A DNA stretch of 64,000 bases from an uncultured Eubacteriales bacterium (GTDB taxonomy: Bacteria; Bacillota; Clostridia; Christensenellales; Christensenellaceae): NCBI GenBank assembly GCA_948468985.1, contig CAOKKG010000002.1, forward strand, positions 7,704 through 71,703, written 5' to 3'. Position numbers and translations under genes: made by a program. The stretch's first letter is position 1, and each line of letters starts with the position of its first letter. Below the pieces are notes generated by a model, which was not told the DNA's origin, did no database searches, and saw only the letters and a list, made by a program, of their open reading frames with translations. This document shows positions 60,341 to 64,000 of the stretch, piece after piece.

Positions 60341-60851
60341 AGCGGATCACTGAACGGCGTGCGGGCGCGGAGATGTCCTTCTGCGCGGCGTATCCGAGCG
60401 CGCACACCGCCCAGACGATCTGCGCATCCGGGACGCCATAGGCGCGGAGTTTTGCGCGGACGGCGGGGTCGTCCGAGGTGTCACGCAGCTGGTTAATCCA
60501 TACGGAACCGATGCCGAGAGCGTGCGCCTCCAGGAACATGTTCTGCATCGCACAGGCCGCGTCGGCCAGCGGATTGGTGCCCGCGTCCTTGTCGTTCGAG
60601 ACGAGCACGAGTGCCGCGGGGCGGTAGAAGTCATAGGCTGGGTTGCCGAGCGCCGCGCCCACTGCCGCCGCCAGAGAGGCGATCTCTTCCTTGTCCGTGA
60701 GCACGGTAAATTGGAAGGTCTGCTTATTCATGGCCGTTGGCGCCCACGCGCCCGCCTGCACGATGGTCTCGAGGTCTTCCCGCGCAATGCGCTTGTCCAA
60801 AAATTCCCGCACACTGCGCCGCGTCCGGATGTTCTCAAAAATCTGATCCAT
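60330..60851 (-). CDS. Nitroreductase family protein
   Basis: RRSVREF, APTAMNKQ, AMQNMFL-x-AHALGIGSVWI, ALGY. Confidence 0.93.
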   Translation of the reverse strand: MDQIFENIRTRRSVREFLDKRIAREDLETIVQAGAWAPTAMNKQTFQFTVLTDKEEIASLAAAVGAALGNPAYDFYRPAALVLVSNDKDAGTNPLADAACAMQNMFLEAHALGIGSVWINQLRDTSDDPAVRAKLRAYGVPDAQIVWAVCALGYAAQKDISAPARRSVIRFVD

Positions 60852-60925
60852 AGGGTTTCCTCCGTTTCATTCTTATTCTTAATTTTATTATATAACAAAA
60901 GGCAGAAAAATGCATCCGCCTTTTT

Positions 60926-62275
<1,350 letters not shown>

Positions 62276-62285
62276 ATTTTTGCAC

Positions 62286-62312
62286 GAAAAAAGACCCGCC
62301 AACCGGCAGGTC
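62286..62312 (-). terminator. Terminator upstream of eno
   Basis: GACCTGCC-GGTT-GGCGGGTC-TTTTTT on the minus strand. Confidence 0.85.
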
Positions 62313-62515
62313 ATTGGGACGGATTGCATTTCCGGGCAGGACGGCCACGGTCACCGCCATATCGCAATGCCGCGGTGGCCGAAAGCATATTGGAGACGGA
62401 TACCTTGTTTGCGGAAAACGCAAAATTCCTTTCCCCGGATGGCTGCCCTTCCGGCGGCGAGTTCCTGGCCATGGCGCTGCCTTTTTGGGGGCGATATGGG
62501 GAAGGCTGCCGATTT

Positions 62516-63727
62516 TCAGCCCTCCTCCCCATCCACGCGCTTTTCAAAGCTGTGGATGAGAATGATTGGGTGACTGCGGTCGGGGCTGAAGATATAGACC
62601 TTGTCGTAATCCGTGCTGAAGCCGAGCACATACATGAGCAGCAGCGCCGTCTGCGGCCAGAGCATGGTGATGTCGAACATCCCGTGCAGGAACACGCAGA
62701 CCAGCACCGCCACCGTCAGAGCATAGCGCGTATGGCATTGATTTTGCTGATGCAGGCGGATGATCTTGCGCACATTGATGAAGAAATAGGAAAACAGCAC
62801 GACCGCGCCGACCAGACCGAAGTCCATGCACAGCTCCAGGATGAGGTTGTGCGAATGGTCGGCCGAGAAGGTGCCGTACTGCGTGTGGATGCGCGCATAG
62901 CTGTTATACCCGCGCCCAAACAGCGGCGCGTCACCAATGCTCTGGATCGCGCCGCGCCAGATATCCATGCGCTTAACAAAGTCCATGCCAATCTCGTCCA
63001 CCCGCGGGAGCAGCGGCACCTTGCCCCGAAAGGCGACAAGGACACCGCAGCCCGCGGCCAGCAGCACCAGATACAGCACGAGCCAGCGCTTCCGGTGAAA
63101 GAACGCGAGCAGCACCGGCACGCTTAAAAGCAGCACGACAAAGGTTGTCCGGCACTCGGTCAAGTACAGCGCCACGAGGTTCAGCGGGATGAGCAGCAAG
63201 TAGAGCAGCTTGCTTTGCCAATGGCGGCATTTGGAGATATTGTACAGGCAAAACAGTACCACCAGCGAGATATAGAACGCATAGTAGTTCGGATTCGAAA
63301 AAACGGAGGAATAGCGTGCGCCCCATACCCAGGTCATACCCAGGCATTTCTGGATGAGTGCCACTGCAAAGCAATACACGCTCATGAGGCAGGTAAAGGA
63401 CAGGATGACACGGAAAATGCGCTGCGTCATCGTATAGGTGATGAAGATCATCGCAATAAACGCAAAGACCATGAGCAGGCCGATGCCGATGTCCAACAGT
63501 GTCCCGCCCTGCACGATGGTCACGACCATGGACAGAACCCAGAAAACCGACAAAAACAGCGTGTCCTGCTTGCGCCGCAGCAAAATGAATGTCTGCCTAG
63601 TCGCTAGGATATAGACAGGCAGCAACACGAGCACGGCAATCTCCACATACACGGTGAGGAAGATCGAGGCCGTCAGGAGGAGGAGCACAAGCTCATTGCC
63701 GCTGAGACCCTTGAGCGCCTGGCGCAC
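62516..63727 (-). CDS. O-antigen ligase/Wzy_C-like membrane protein
   Basis: About 12 TM helices; F-x-NPNYYA, T-x-CRT, R-x2-IW, P-x-FG-x-G, H-x-HN-x-ILE, HGMFD; start uncertain (GTG 63727 or CTG 63745). Confidence 0.85.
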   Translation of the reverse strand: MRQALKGLSGNELVLLLLTASIFLTVYVEIAVLVLLPVYILATRQTFILLRRKQDTLFLSVFWVLSMVVTIVQGGTLLDIGIGLLMVFAFIAMIFITYTMTQRIFRVILSFTCLMSVYCFAVALIQKCLGMTWVWGARYSSVFSNPNYYAFYISLVVLFCLYNISKCRHWQSKLLYLLLIPLNLVALYLTECRTTFVVLLLSVPVLLAFFHRKRWLVLYLVLLAAGCGVLVAFRGKVPLLPRVDEIGMDFVKRMDIWRGAIQSIGDAPLFGRGYNSYARIHTQYGTFSADHSHNLILELCMDFGLVGAVVLFSYFFINVRKIIRLHQQNQCHTRYALTVAVLVCVFLHGMFDITMLWPQTALLLMYVLGFSTDYDKVYIFSPDRSHPIILIHSFEKRVDGEEG

Positions 63728-64000
63728 ATCGTGAATTGTTTTCAGAACTCTTCCCTCCCAACGGTTACAATATATTGTATAGATACCCCATTTTTTGCAG
63801 GGGAAAGCAGTTTTTCGAATTTTTTTAAATATTCCCAGAAAAAAGAAACTGCATTTGGAAAAGAGACACGCCTTTTCGCTCTATCGCATCTCCTACGCTG
63901 TCCAGCAATGCAGCCCTAAACAGCAGAAAGTCCATGTTTTCCAGTCGCACAAGCAAAAGCTCTGTCCTGCAAGCGCGATTGCAGCGGGCGATGGGAAAAG

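Overview
GC-rich (about 60-65% by eye) chromosomal window from a Clostridia-type Firmicute that probably sporulates. It is mostly core genome. Content: a response regulator-kinase-HtrA operon; zapA-U32-mutS2; an aminotransferase-G1P dehydrogenase-flippase operon; proC; tRNA-Thr(GGT); sortase B; two polysaccharide deacetylases; a polar amino-acid ABC transporter operon with an ornithine cyclodeaminase/mu-crystallin enzyme and an aminotransferase; ileS with a T-box; rarA; serC-serA; pgi; aspartokinase; leuS; pepF; argS; serS; uppP; ychF; dut; darA; eno; and an O-antigen-ligase-like gene. I found no CRISPR array, integrase, transposase or prophage. Most notable observations: (1) a possible cyclic-ketimine/imino-acid operon (ABC importer + GTK-like aminotransferase + mu-crystallin-like enzyme); (2) an atypical cobalamin-like riboswitch with a terminator/antiterminator switch upstream of a lone DUF4430 lipoprotein; (3) an enolase behind a terminator whose best promoter match is the forespore sigma-G consensus; (4) two apparent in-frame internal deletions joined at Ala-Ala codons (a 37-aa LysR remnant and an LtaS-like sulfatase); (5) an AT-rich islet at the 3' end of tRNA-Thr. 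All calls come from reading the sequence; no searches were run.
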